64,000 nt of DNA from Nitrosopumilus sp. (GTDB lineage: Archaea > Thermoproteota > Nitrososphaeria > Nitrososphaerales > Nitrosopumilaceae). The stretch spans positions 1,120,001 through 1,184,000 of the forward strand of contig OY763927.2 of assembly GCA_963667665.2 (NCBI GenBank), written 5' to 3'. The stretch's first letter is position 1. Each line of letters opens with the position of its first letter. A program made the translations under genes and the position numbers. Shown here piece by piece: positions 29,782 to 38,518 of the stretch. The notes beneath the pieces are model-generated. The model was not told where the DNA came from. It made no database searches and saw only the letters and a program-made list of their open reading frames with translations.

Positions 29782-30338
29782 AGTAATTTTCTCACAGTTT
29801 CTTTTGCAACATCAATTACTTGTTGGGCAGTAAGATTATCTGTATTAATTATCAAATCAAATACTGACGTATCATCTCCAAAATCAAAGTTGTATAATTT
29901 TTTGTACAATGCCTTATTCTTATCAAATCGTTGTTTTGTAATTTCATATGCATCATCAGAATTCATTTTATCTCGTGATTGCATTCTTTTAGAACTGCTT
30001 GTATGAGAACCTTCAAGCCAAATTTTGATGCCATCTTTGATTAGCCAAGGTAATGTGTAACTGGTAATCACCATTCCACCCTGATTGTAAAGAGCAGTTA
30101 ATTTTTCATCTAGTTTTTTGTCAAATTCAGAATTTTGCTCACGTTTGTTGAGAAAATCAAGTCCGTCATCGGTATCCCACCAATCATCACCTGAAGAATC
30201 AAAACCTTGTTCTTTTGCCATTTCTTTTAGAACATCTCCACCGCTAAGATATTGTAATTGAAATTCTTCTGCTAATCCTTTAGCAACAGTTGTTTTTCCT
30301 ACTGCAGGAGGACCAGAAATAACAATGGATTTTGTCAA
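29778..30338 (-). CDS. cmk: Cytidylate kinase (archaeal type)
   Basis: P-loop GPPAVGKTT; DLIINT; conserved position. Confidence 0.85.
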   Translation of the reverse strand: MTKSIVISGPPAVGKTTVAKGLAEEFQLQYLSGGDVLKEMAKEQGFDSSGDDWWDTDDGLDFLNKREQNSEFDKKLDEKLTALYNQGGMVITSYTLPWLIKDGIKIWLEGSHTSSSKRMQSRDKMNSDDAYEITKQRFDKNKALYKKLYNFDFGDDTSVFDLIINTDNLTAQQVIDVAKETVRKLL

Positions 30339-30958
30339 GTACCCATTGTTGTTTTTGTTAGTTTCATGATCATTCCACTAAAAGCAATAGAGGAAAGAAA
30401 ATACCATGCCCAAAGATATATTGCATTTTCTTTGCCAAAACAAATATGATCAGGATCTGCTGCTTGCAAAGTAGTACATGTTAACGTGAAGAAATCTCCA
30501 GGAATTACATTTAGTGGAATTGGGGATAAAGCTACAGTGTATGAGAACAATTGTGGCAATACAAGATAAAATATCAATATCAAAGGTACAAATGTAATCA
30601 TTATAGGCCTCATATTCATCTGCATCATTTCCATTGACATTTTGTTCATGTATGATGATTTTTTGTTTAGTTCAGCTGTTTTTTCTGAATCTTTAGATCT
30701 CATGGCTCTCATTCTTTCTTTTTGCCATGCTCGTGTTTCCTTCATAATGCGTTTTAGTTTCACTTGATCAACCATCTTCTTTCTAACTCCAGCATTAAAC
30801 AAATTGAGAAGAATACCAAATCCAGTTACACAAAACAGCGAAAGAATTACTCCTTTGATTATTGGGTCATCACTTCCCAAAGCCTGTCTACCTTCTGTAA
30901 ACATTTCAAATTGAAGGGGTATTGATTCGATGAAAAGTAGAATAAAGTTGAAATCCAT
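30335..30958 (-). CDS. EMC3/TMCO1 (DUF106, Oxa1 superfamily) membrane insertase
   Basis: Met-rich coiled coil, RPIMITFVP, WYFLSS; located between adk and cmk. Confidence 0.85.
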   Translation of the reverse strand: MDFNFILLFIESIPLQFEMFTEGRQALGSDDPIIKGVILSLFCVTGFGILLNLFNAGVRKKMVDQVKLKRIMKETRAWQKERMRAMRSKDSEKTAELNKKSSYMNKMSMEMMQMNMRPIMITFVPLILIFYLVLPQLFSYTVALSPIPLNVIPGDFFTLTCTTLQAADPDHICFGKENAIYLWAWYFLSSIAFSGMIMKLTKTTMGT

Positions 30959-30961
30959 TTT

Positions 30962-31540
30962 TTACAGTCCTATTGAAGTAATTATTTTATCCACTGCTTC
31001 ATCAACCTTTCCCTCATCATTGAGAATATATCTTACTGGGGAACCGGTAATCACTACACACGCAGAAATCATGCCTGTTTGATATTCTAATTCTTTTTTA
31101 ATGTTAATTAGAGTAATTTTATCTCTATTTCGAGTATCATCTTTCATTCGTCTATTATAGATTTCTTCTGGTTTTGCAGAAACAGAAACAAAGTTTGTTG
31201 GTTTGATAATTTTCAAAACATGTTCTGGTAATCCAGGATAGTATCCTTCTGGAGAATGGATAAATGCATGAGTATCAATGATTACAAGTTCGTCAGTTTG
31301 TGCAGCAATTTTTTCAGCGACAATTTTTTGGAGATTTTGTTGCTCTTTTAGTGATAATTTTCTAAGTTCATCTCTTTCTTTCAAACCATTTTCCTTGGCA
31401 ATCTCAAACATCATAGTTCCAAAACTCAGTACATTGACACTTTTGTCATGACTTTTTATGATCTCAACAACTTTGGATAACAGAGTTGTTTTTCCAACAC
31501 CCGGTATTCCGGTCATTATTATTTTTCTATTTTCTGCCAA
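30962..31540 (-). CDS. adkA: Adenylate kinase (archaeal type)
   Basis: GIPGVGKTT, IDTH, GYYPGLP, RRMKDDTRNRD. Confidence 0.93.
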   Translation of the reverse strand: MAENRKIIMTGIPGVGKTTLLSKVVEIIKSHDKSVNVLSFGTMMFEIAKENGLKERDELRKLSLKEQQNLQKIVAEKIAAQTDELVIIDTHAFIHSPEGYYPGLPEHVLKIIKPTNFVSVSAKPEEIYNRRMKDDTRNRDKITLINIKKELEYQTGMISACVVITGSPVRYILNDEGKVDEAVDKIITSIGL

Positions 31541-32957
31541 GTAACGCACCCAAACGCGGCATAACCACTTCTACTTGTTCTCTCACTAATTGTGTATAAT
31601 AGTTGATGAGAATATCTACCATAAGTAAAATTCCAATTCCAGAACCAAATACACCAAGAACATCAGATACACCTGCCAAGAGACCTAAAATCATAGAGCC
31701 AACAATGGTTACTGATGGAATGTACTTGTTGAGTAATGCTTCAACTGGTTTGTTTGATCTTCTAAATCCAGGAATTTGAACATCTGCATCAAGTAAATTC
31801 TGAGCTGCACTCTTTGGCGATAAACCACCAAGTTCCACCCATAACTTACCAAACACAACTACAATTCCAATCATAAATATTACATAACCTACTGCACGCA
31901 TTGGATCTAAAACTGCAACATCCAAACCTCTAGGAGGAGTAATGTAATAGATGATACCACCTATTGGGGTATTGGGGCTAGTCGGATCAAATTGCGCTAT
32001 AAAATTCATAAAGAAATTGTTGTTCCGCGGGTTCATGTTTGACCATAACATTTGGAACATGAAAACAGCATTTGCAGTTAAGGCAGATGCTAAAATTACT
32101 GGAATGTTTGAGACATACATCAATTTGATTGGATACACAGCAGAGAAACCTCTGTATTTTGTAGATACAATTGGAATCTCAATTTTCATTCCCTGTGTAA
32201 ATACAAGTATCAACAATATTCCAGCAGTAAGACACAACCCGAAGATACTCGGGAGTTGATTTGCACGGAATAAAATATTTGAAAGATCACCATTCATGAT
32301 GGATTGACCAATATACGGGATTATGCCAATCATGCCTCCATCACCTGCAGGTAACGGGCTAAACATGCTCCAAAGAATTTGTTGAGCAACACCTGCCATA
32401 ATGAATAAACTGATTCCACTACCAAGACCCCAACCCTTCTGGATTGTTTCATCTAAGAACATGATAATTATCGACGCGCCCATCAGTTGGCCAATCATTA
32501 CATACAAAAAGTATGGTTCAGTAACTCCAGGACCATAAACTGCTACAGCATATACAATAGATTCAGCTATAATTACAATGTATGTAACTAATTTAGTAGC
32601 TGTTTGAAATATTCCTCGTTCTTCTGGTTTTTTGAAATCAAATTTGAGAATATCTGAACCTCTCAATAATTGCATCAAGAGTCCAGCTGTAACTATCGGC
32701 CCTATTCCTAATTCAACAAGGGTTCCTTGTTGTGATGCAAAAATAACTCTAGCAAATGCTAGAAAATCAAACTGTGGTGCAGTGGCTCCAAACAAGGGCG
32801 TTTGGCCCATTACCATGTAAATTAATAATATTACTCCACACCATAACAATCGTTTTTGAAGAGTGATCTTCTTTTTTGGTTTTGGTACTTGAGGAAGATA
32901 TGGTTCTACTTTGAAAACGATTTTTCTGATAGTACTAGTAATGGTACCTTCAGCCAT
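31527..32957 (-). CDS. secY: Protein translocase SecY
   Basis: ELGIGPIVTA, GWGLGSGISLFI, YVSNIPVIL, IPGFR. Confidence 0.97.
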   Translation of the reverse strand: MAEGTITSTIRKIVFKVEPYLPQVPKPKKKITLQKRLLWCGVILLIYMVMGQTPLFGATAPQFDFLAFARVIFASQQGTLVELGIGPIVTAGLLMQLLRGSDILKFDFKKPEERGIFQTATKLVTYIVIIAESIVYAVAVYGPGVTEPYFLYVMIGQLMGASIIIMFLDETIQKGWGLGSGISLFIMAGVAQQILWSMFSPLPAGDGGMIGIIPYIGQSIMNGDLSNILFRANQLPSIFGLCLTAGILLILVFTQGMKIEIPIVSTKYRGFSAVYPIKLMYVSNIPVILASALTANAVFMFQMLWSNMNPRNNNFFMNFIAQFDPTSPNTPIGGIIYYITPPRGLDVAVLDPMRAVGYVIFMIGIVVVFGKLWVELGGLSPKSAAQNLLDADVQIPGFRRSNKPVEALLNKYIPSVTIVGSMILGLLAGVSDVLGVFGSGIGILLMVDILINYYTQLVREQVEVVMPRLGALLGRK

Positions 32958-33375
32958 TATCAGATAACACCTCTCCCCCAACTGCTTTTAATTTCTCTTC
33001 AGCAGATGCTGTGAATTGTTTTACTTTGACGGAATAAGCGTTAGTTAGTTTTCCGCCGCCAAGGAGTTTTTCGTATCCTGCATTTTCAAGATCTACGATT
33101 TTCTTTCCTCCTTCTTCTTTACCGAACTTTGAGAACAAGTCATCAAGATCTCTGACGCTAGCCCATTTCTTTGTAATATTTGGGTGAGGTGGTTTAGTTG
33201 AATCATGACCATAATGATCTGGGTCAAATTTTAACATAGAACTGTAATGGTGTTTCATCATACCTGTTTGTCCAAGACCGCCCTTATGACCACTTGCACG
33301 ATGTTGACCTACTTGTCCCCATCCCATATGTCGTCCTCCTCTAAGTCTTCTAGTTTTTCGTAATCTAGTTGCCAT
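32950..33375 (-). CDS. rpl15: 50S ribosomal protein L15
   Basis: RKTRRLRG..HMGWG, KLLGGG. Confidence 0.95.
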   Translation of the reverse strand: MATRLRKTRRLRGGRHMGWGQVGQHRASGHKGGLGQTGMMKHHYSSMLKFDPDHYGHDSTKPPHPNITKKWASVRDLDDLFSKFGKEEGGKKIVDLENAGYEKLLGGGKLTNAYSVKVKQFTASAEEKLKAVGGEVLSDNG

Positions 33376-33376
33376 G

Positions 33377-33844
33377 TTAAATCATTCTCCTAACTATAGT
33401 GTCAAGTTCTTTATTTTGTCCAAGCATACCTTTTTGCCCATATAGTTTCTTAGTGCTTCTCTTGAATCCATGTCTTGGAGGTGCTAAAGCAAACCAAGGT
33501 TTTAGAGGTTTTAATTTAGATAAAGTATCTTTGCCATCAGCCAAAGCTGTTGCCAATTCATCAGTACTTGCAAAACCAAGTTCTTTTAGATCTTCAGCAG
33601 TTATTTTTTTATAACCAGATTTTCTTGCTTTCTTTTCAATCAATTCTTTTGCTAAATCTGCATCAAGTTCAACCCAAGATACATAGTGTTGTACTTTTCT
33701 TAACATTCCCAAAGTGTTATCTTTAACAGGTAAAATTGTTGCACGATATTTTTTATCTAATTTTAACAAAGTCATAGTAGTTGTTGCCCAATATGGACAA
33801 TCAGCTTGACCTTTAATTCTAACAACAAGATATGCTTTTACCAT
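33377..33844 (-). CDS. rpl30: 50S ribosomal protein L30
   Basis: VVRIKG, GMLRKVQHYVSW, LAPPRHGF. Confidence 0.93.
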   Translation of the reverse strand: MVKAYLVVRIKGQADCPYWATTTMTLLKLDKKYRATILPVKDNTLGMLRKVQHYVSWVELDADLAKELIEKKARKSGYKKITAEDLKELGFASTDELATALADGKDTLSKLKPLKPWFALAPPRHGFKRSTKKLYGQKGMLGQNKELDTIVRRMI

Positions 33845-33849
33845 TTTTA

Positions 33850-34578
33850 TCAACCTTGACTAAATGTCTGTCTAAGACAATCCAATACAGCTTTTGAAGT
33901 TGAACTCATTGTAGGAGTAGAGCCTTTTGCAGTAGTCCATGCATCTTTAAGACCAGCTAATTCCAATAATCGTTTAATTTTACCACCAGCAACTAAACCT
34001 AATCCACGAGGTGCTGGAATAATTTCAATGGTGACACTTCCACCCTTTCCTTTAACCTTGAATGGAATAGAATGTTTTTGATCACATCGGCATTCCCAAC
34101 TGCCACATCCTAATTTGATTGGGCTGACATTTAGAAAAGCTTGACTTGTTGCTTTCTCAATTGCAATTCTCATTTGTTTTGATTTTCCTCTACCAATTCC
34201 CAAGTAACCATTTTCATTTCCAGCTGCAACAATTGCTTTGAATCGTGTAGACTGGCCATTTGAAGTCATTTTTTGAATAATTCCTACATCAACAACTTCA
34301 CTTTTCAAATCTGGAAGTAGTTTCTTGATAATTCCTGCTTCTTGAATTCTTAATCCTGATTCAATTATTTCTTCAAGTGAAGTAATTTCGCCTGATGCAA
34401 CTTTTTTCCCCAAATTAGTTTTTGGAACCCAAACCTCTTCTACGGGTTCTCTTCGTGGTCTTCTTGGACGATCGCTATTTCCTCCTGGTGGACCTCGTCC
34501 ATAGACAGGTGCACGTTTTCCTCTTGGACCACCACTTGATTGCCCTTGTGTACCTTTAGTTTTTGTTGCTTGACTCAT
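33850..34578 (-). CDS. rps5: 30S ribosomal protein S5
   Basis: WVPKTNLGK, GCGSWEC, PAPRGLGLVAG. Confidence 0.96.
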   Translation of the reverse strand: MSQATKTKGTQGQSSGGPRGKRAPVYGRGPPGGNSDRPRRPRREPVEEVWVPKTNLGKKVASGEITSLEEIIESGLRIQEAGIIKKLLPDLKSEVVDVGIIQKMTSNGQSTRFKAIVAAGNENGYLGIGRGKSKQMRIAIEKATSQAFLNVSPIKLGCGSWECRCDQKHSIPFKVKGKGGSVTIEIIPAPRGLGLVAGGKIKRLLELAGLKDAWTTAKGSTPTMSSTSKAVLDCLRQTFSQG

Positions 34579-34580
34579 TT

Positions 34581-35063
34581 CTATTTACCTTCATTATCAA
34601 TAGTTGATTTCATTTTTGAAATATCATTTTTAACAGTAAGATGTTCTCCGTTGATTCTATCATCAGATGGAAATGTTTCCTTATCAGCTGGAACTTGAAC
34701 TCCAGCATCAATAACTCCTTTGAGAGCTGCTGCCATTCTTTGCGTGTATCTTTTAGTTCCGGTATAAAGAATAGCATCATTTGCACCTTTACCAAGTGCT
34801 TTCTTACCTGCCAAGTATCCTGTAAGATATGCTGCAGGTACACTCTTTCTAGAACCTTTCCAACCTTTTTCAAGTAAATATCTGGAATGTGCAGATGCAA
34901 TAACAGTATCACCAGTCATCCCAGGCTTGAGAATTTGTACTTGAGTGTTTTCATTAGAAATATTTACAGTAATAAAATCACGTTTACCCATCAACATAGT
35001 TCCTCGTTTTTTATAATTGGTCTTTTCTTCTCTAAGTCTTCTCAATATTTTTGAATAGGCCAT
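34581..35063 (-). CDS. rpl18: 50S ribosomal protein L18
   Basis: KTNYKKR, PAAYLTGYLAG, RINGEHL. Confidence 0.94.
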   Translation of the reverse strand: MAYSKILRRLREEKTNYKKRGTMLMGKRDFITVNISNENTQVQILKPGMTGDTVIASAHSRYLLEKGWKGSRKSVPAAYLTGYLAGKKALGKGANDAILYTGTKRYTQRMAAALKGVIDAGVQVPADKETFPSDDRINGEHLTVKNDISKMKSTIDNEGK

Positions 35064-35099
35064 CTATAGAAACCGAGTTTGAATCTTCTCTTATATACG

Positions 35100-36014
35100 T
35101 TAAGCGTGAATGAGAGCAACAAGTAATGCCTTTTGAGTATGAAGACGATTTTCTGCCTCATCCCAAACAACGGATTGATAACTATCAATTACAGATGATG
35201 TTACTTCTTGTCCTCTCTTAGCAGGAAGACAATGCATAAAGATCGCATTTTTCTTTGCAGTTTTCATTAATTTTGAATTGACTTGATACTTGGGGGAAAA
35301 ATTTTTGATTCTTTTTGGATTACTATTATGAATAGATGAAAAAGTATCTGTAACAACTACATCAGCATTTTTAGTTGCAATGAATGGATCTGTAGTTAAT
35401 TCAATGTTAGTTAATTTCTTTGATTCTTTAAGAACAGTTTTGTCAGGTTCAAATCCTTTAGGAGTTGCAATCGACATGTCAATTCCAGATAATGCAGCAC
35501 CATAAATCATAGAATTACAAACGTTATTTCCATCCCCAACCCAAGCAATCTTTAATCCTTTGAGTTTTTTCTTCTTTTCTTTAATTGTCATAAAATCTGC
35601 CAAAGTTTGACAAGGATGAAAAGAATCAGATAATCCATTTATCACAGGTACGTTTGCATGTTCAGCTAGTTTATCTAACAATTCATGTTCGTAAACACGG
35701 GCCATTATACAATCAGTGTATCGTGAGAGAGTTTTTGCCGTATCTTCAATAGATTCACCACGAGATAATTGCATATCATTTGATGACAAATTAATTGCAT
35801 AACCACCTAATTGATACATTCCAATTTCAAAACTTACACGTGTTCTAGTAGATGGTTTTTGAAAGATCATCGTTAATGTTTTATTTTTCAAAAGAGGTTT
35901 GTTTCCACCTTTTTTAAGTTCTTTTTTTAGCTTTATTGAATAATCGATTAATTCCACAAATTCCTTTGGTGTTAATTCCGCTAAAGTGAGTAAATCTTTT
36001 GTTTTGAGTTTCAT
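35100..36014 (-). CDS. argF: Ornithine carbamoyltransferase (or LysW-pathway homolog)
   Basis: STRTR, HPCQ, GDGNNV, HCLP, AENRLH; start placed at MKLKTKDLL. Confidence 0.9.
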   Translation of the reverse strand: MKLKTKDLLTLAELTPKEFVELIDYSIKLKKELKKGGNKPLLKNKTLTMIFQKPSTRTRVSFEIGMYQLGGYAINLSSNDMQLSRGESIEDTAKTLSRYTDCIMARVYEHELLDKLAEHANVPVINGLSDSFHPCQTLADFMTIKEKKKKLKGLKIAWVGDGNNVCNSMIYGAALSGIDMSIATPKGFEPDKTVLKESKKLTNIELTTDPFIATKNADVVVTDTFSSIHNSNPKRIKNFSPKYQVNSKLMKTAKKNAIFMHCLPAKRGQEVTSSVIDSYQSVVWDEAENRLHTQKALLVALIHA

Positions 36015-36066
36015 TTCCCAAATCCAAACAACCTCGTTTCTTTTTAGGTTTTTCTTCTTTGTCTTT

Positions 36067-37308
36067 TCATTCACCAGATTCGAGTCTACCATGTTTAACC
36101 CACTCACGAATCTTGTTTGCTAGTTTGTTAGCTTCGTTGTCATTTTCAGGGGGAGGAACATCAAATAGATCTGAATAAGTTGCAATGTCATCATCGCTAA
36201 TTCCTTCAAACGGATCAGTAGAGGAAGATTCTGGTGTTGGTTCTGGTGTTGGTTCTGGTGTTGGTTCTGGTGTTGGTTCTGGTGTTGGTTCTGGTGTTGG
36301 TTCTGGTGTTGGTTCTGGTGTTGGTTCTGGTGTTGGTTCTGGTGTTGGTTCTGGTGTTGGTTCTGGTGTTGGTTCTTCTGTTTTTGTTATGTCAACATTA
36401 CCTAATGAACCAAAAACAGTTTCTAGAAAAGTTTCCTTATCAAATGGTTTTAGATCAGAATATTCTTGTCCGGTTCCAACATAAAGAACTGGTGTAGAGG
36501 TGACTTTTACAATGGATAAAGCAGCACCGCCTTTTGCATCTGCATCACTCTTTGTCAAAATAGAAGCATTGAATTTTACGCGTTTAAAAAATTCTCGTGC
36601 TTGATTAACAGTATCATTTCCAGCTAAAGAATCGCCTACAAAAATTGTCATATCAGGATTTACAACTTTGTTGATTTTTTCAATTTGTTCCATCAGGTTT
36701 TTGCTTGTTTGCATTCTTCCTGCAGTGTCAATTAACACACAATCTGTTTTGTGAGATTTTGCATACAATACTGCATCTCTAGCAACGGCTGCAGGATCTG
36801 AATTATAATTTTGTGCAACAAGTTTTAGATTTAGACGATTAGTATGTTCTCGTAGTTGCTCAATTGCACCAGCTCGATAAGTATCTGCAGCTGCAACAAC
36901 AACAGAATATTTTGCTTGTTGTAGCATATACGCAATTTTAGCTAAAGAAGTAGTTTTTCCTGTTCCATTAATTCCAACAAATAAAATCAGAAAGGGTTGT
37001 TCTTGTTTCTTTTTTTCATTAATTTTTTCAAATAGATCAATTTTCTCTACAGCATCAAATAATGCAGAGATGCTTGAAATCAAACTATCTTTAACAAATT
37101 TTTCAATTTGATGCTTGTCAATTTTTGAACCAATTAATTTTTCTTTTAGATCAGATTTAATTTCATCAATTACTTCACCAGCTACATCAGATTCTAAAAG
37201 AGAGATTTCTAATTCAAAAAGGATTTCTTCAATATCTTTTTCTTTGAGTTCCTTTTCACCAAAGCTTTTCGCTGCATTAGAAAATGCATCACGAAGTTTA
37301 TCAAACAT
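36067..37308 (-). CDS. ftsY: SRP receptor FtsY with C-terminal (EPTP)n/acidic extension
   Basis: GINGTGKTT, DTYRAGA, DTAGR, TKSDADAKGG, GTGQEY. Confidence 0.95.
   Translation of the reverse strand: MFDKLRDAFSNAAKSFGEKELKEKDIEEILFELEISLLESDVAGEVIDEIKSDLKEKLIGSKIDKHQIEKFVKDSLISSISALFDAVEKIDLFEKINEKKKQEQPFLILFVGINGTGKTTSLAKIAYMLQQAKYSVVVAAADTYRAGAIEQLREHTNRLNLKLVAQNYNSDPAAVARDAVLYAKSHKTDCVLIDTAGRMQTSKNLMEQIEKINKVVNPDMTIFVGDSLAGNDTVNQAREFFKRVKFNASILTKSDADAKGGAALSIVKVTSTPVLYVGTGQEYSDLKPFDKETFLETVFGSLGNVDITKTEEPTPEPTPEPTPEPTPEPTPEPTPEPTPEPTPEPTPEPTPEPTPEPTPESSSTDPFEGISDDDIATYSDLFDVPPPENDNEANKLANKIREWVKHGRLESGE
36229..36376. repeat. Perfect 12-bp coding tandem repeat (TTCTGGTGTTGG) x12 plus a partial copy
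   Basis: Counted directly; encodes EPTP repeats in FtsY. Confidence 0.97.
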
Positions 37309-37311
37309 GTT

Positions 37312-37737
37312 TTATCCCGATTTTGGTTGTGATACAGATTGCATTAATTGATTAATTTGTTCTCGTCCTTGCTCTAATCGTGCTGCAGCATCTTGTTTTT
37401 TTGCAGTATTATCTTGTAAAGCAACTTCAATTTCTTTAATATGGGCTTCAAGATAGTTTATAGCTGAAGGGAAATCTTTTTCCACTGCAACTCCTGCACC
37501 AATACTCAAAACAATCTTGCTGTTAGATAAAATTTTTGTAGGAACATATGTACCGATTCCGATTGGAACAAGAGTTTCTGATTCAGGCTTTTGACTTAGA
37601 GTTTTAATGGACTCAATTGCAGCAGTTGTCTCTCTTAAAACACTCAAAAAAGTTCCTTCTCTTTGAGATAATTCAGAAAAATATGTTTCAAGCATTTGCA
37701 TTTGCTGCATTAACTGCTGTGCCTGTTCTTCACTCAT
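37312..37737 (-). CDS. pfdA: Prefoldin alpha subunit
   Basis: ETLVPIGIGTYV, IGAGVAVEK; upstream of ftsY. Confidence 0.92.
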   Translation of the reverse strand: MSEEQAQQLMQQMQMLETYFSELSQREGTFLSVLRETTAAIESIKTLSQKPESETLVPIGIGTYVPTKILSNSKIVLSIGAGVAVEKDFPSAINYLEAHIKEIEVALQDNTAKKQDAAARLEQGREQINQLMQSVSQPKSG

Positions 37738-37819
37738 TTACAACAAACCATTCTCAGATGGTTATAAATTCATTCACAGATATCTCTAATGAGAATAAAA
37801 AATAAATAAAGATTGAGCT

Positions 37820-38440
37820 TTATTTTGCTTTTGAGAATCTAGATTCTACTTCGTCCCAATTAACTACATTCCACCATGCCTCGATATAGACTGGTCGTTT
37901 GTTTTGATAGTTGAGATAGTATGCATGCTCCCAAACATCACAGCCTAACAATGGTACTAATCCTTCTGTTCTTGGACTAGTTTGGTTTGGCATTGATTTG
38001 TATTCAACCTTACTTGAAGAAGGATTGTATACTAACCATCCCCAACCACTGCCTTGAATTACTGCTGTAGTGGATGAAAATTTCTCTTTAAAGTCAGAGA
38101 AGCTTCCAAAAGAATCGTTAATTGCATCAGCAATTGATCCTCCAGGTTCTCCGCCTCCGTTTGCTTTCATGTTATTCCAAAATAGTCTATGGTTATCATA
38201 GCCACCACCGTTGAAATTAATTGCACCTCTTTTGTCTTCTGGTACTGAGTTGATATCAGACAAAATATCAAGAATATCTTTGTCTTGAATCTCAGCTGGA
38301 CATGATTCAAGAGCTGCATTTAGTTTGTCAGTGTATGCTTGATGATGTTTTGTATGATGAATCTCCATTGTTTTTGCATCAATGTGAGGTTCTAATGCAT
38401 CATAAGCATATGGCATTTCAGGAAGTGTGTATTTTCCCAT
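37820..38440 (-). CDS. sod: Fe/Mn superoxide dismutase
   Basis: HHTKHHQAY, NHRLFW, QGSGWGWL, DVWEHAYY. Confidence 0.96.
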   Translation of the reverse strand: MGKYTLPEMPYAYDALEPHIDAKTMEIHHTKHHQAYTDKLNAALESCPAEIQDKDILDILSDINSVPEDKRGAINFNGGGYDNHRLFWNNMKANGGGEPGGSIADAINDSFGSFSDFKEKFSSTTAVIQGSGWGWLVYNPSSSKVEYKSMPNQTSPRTEGLVPLLGCDVWEHAYYLNYQNKRPVYIEAWWNVVNWDEVESRFSKAK

Positions 38441-38518
38441 GAATACTTTTGAGAATTTATTCAATTTATTTGTTTAGTAAGCAATTCATTTTTACTTGTA
38501 AAAATAGTTAGAAAATTT

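Noticed and set aside
36067-36069. TGA in ftsY as selenocysteine or programmed readthrough
   Set aside because: Not a catalytic position, and the downstream tail also needs a frameshift; decay is the simpler explanation
36015-36107. 31-aa N-terminal extension of ArgF
   Set aside because: Overlaps ftsY and its fossil tail; the OTCase-like sequence starts at 36014
36185-36497. Plus-strand ORFs (GVGS)n and (LV)n, and the repeat as a possible CRISPR array
   Set aside because: These are shadow frames of the 12-bp repeat inside ftsY; there are no spacers or cas genes
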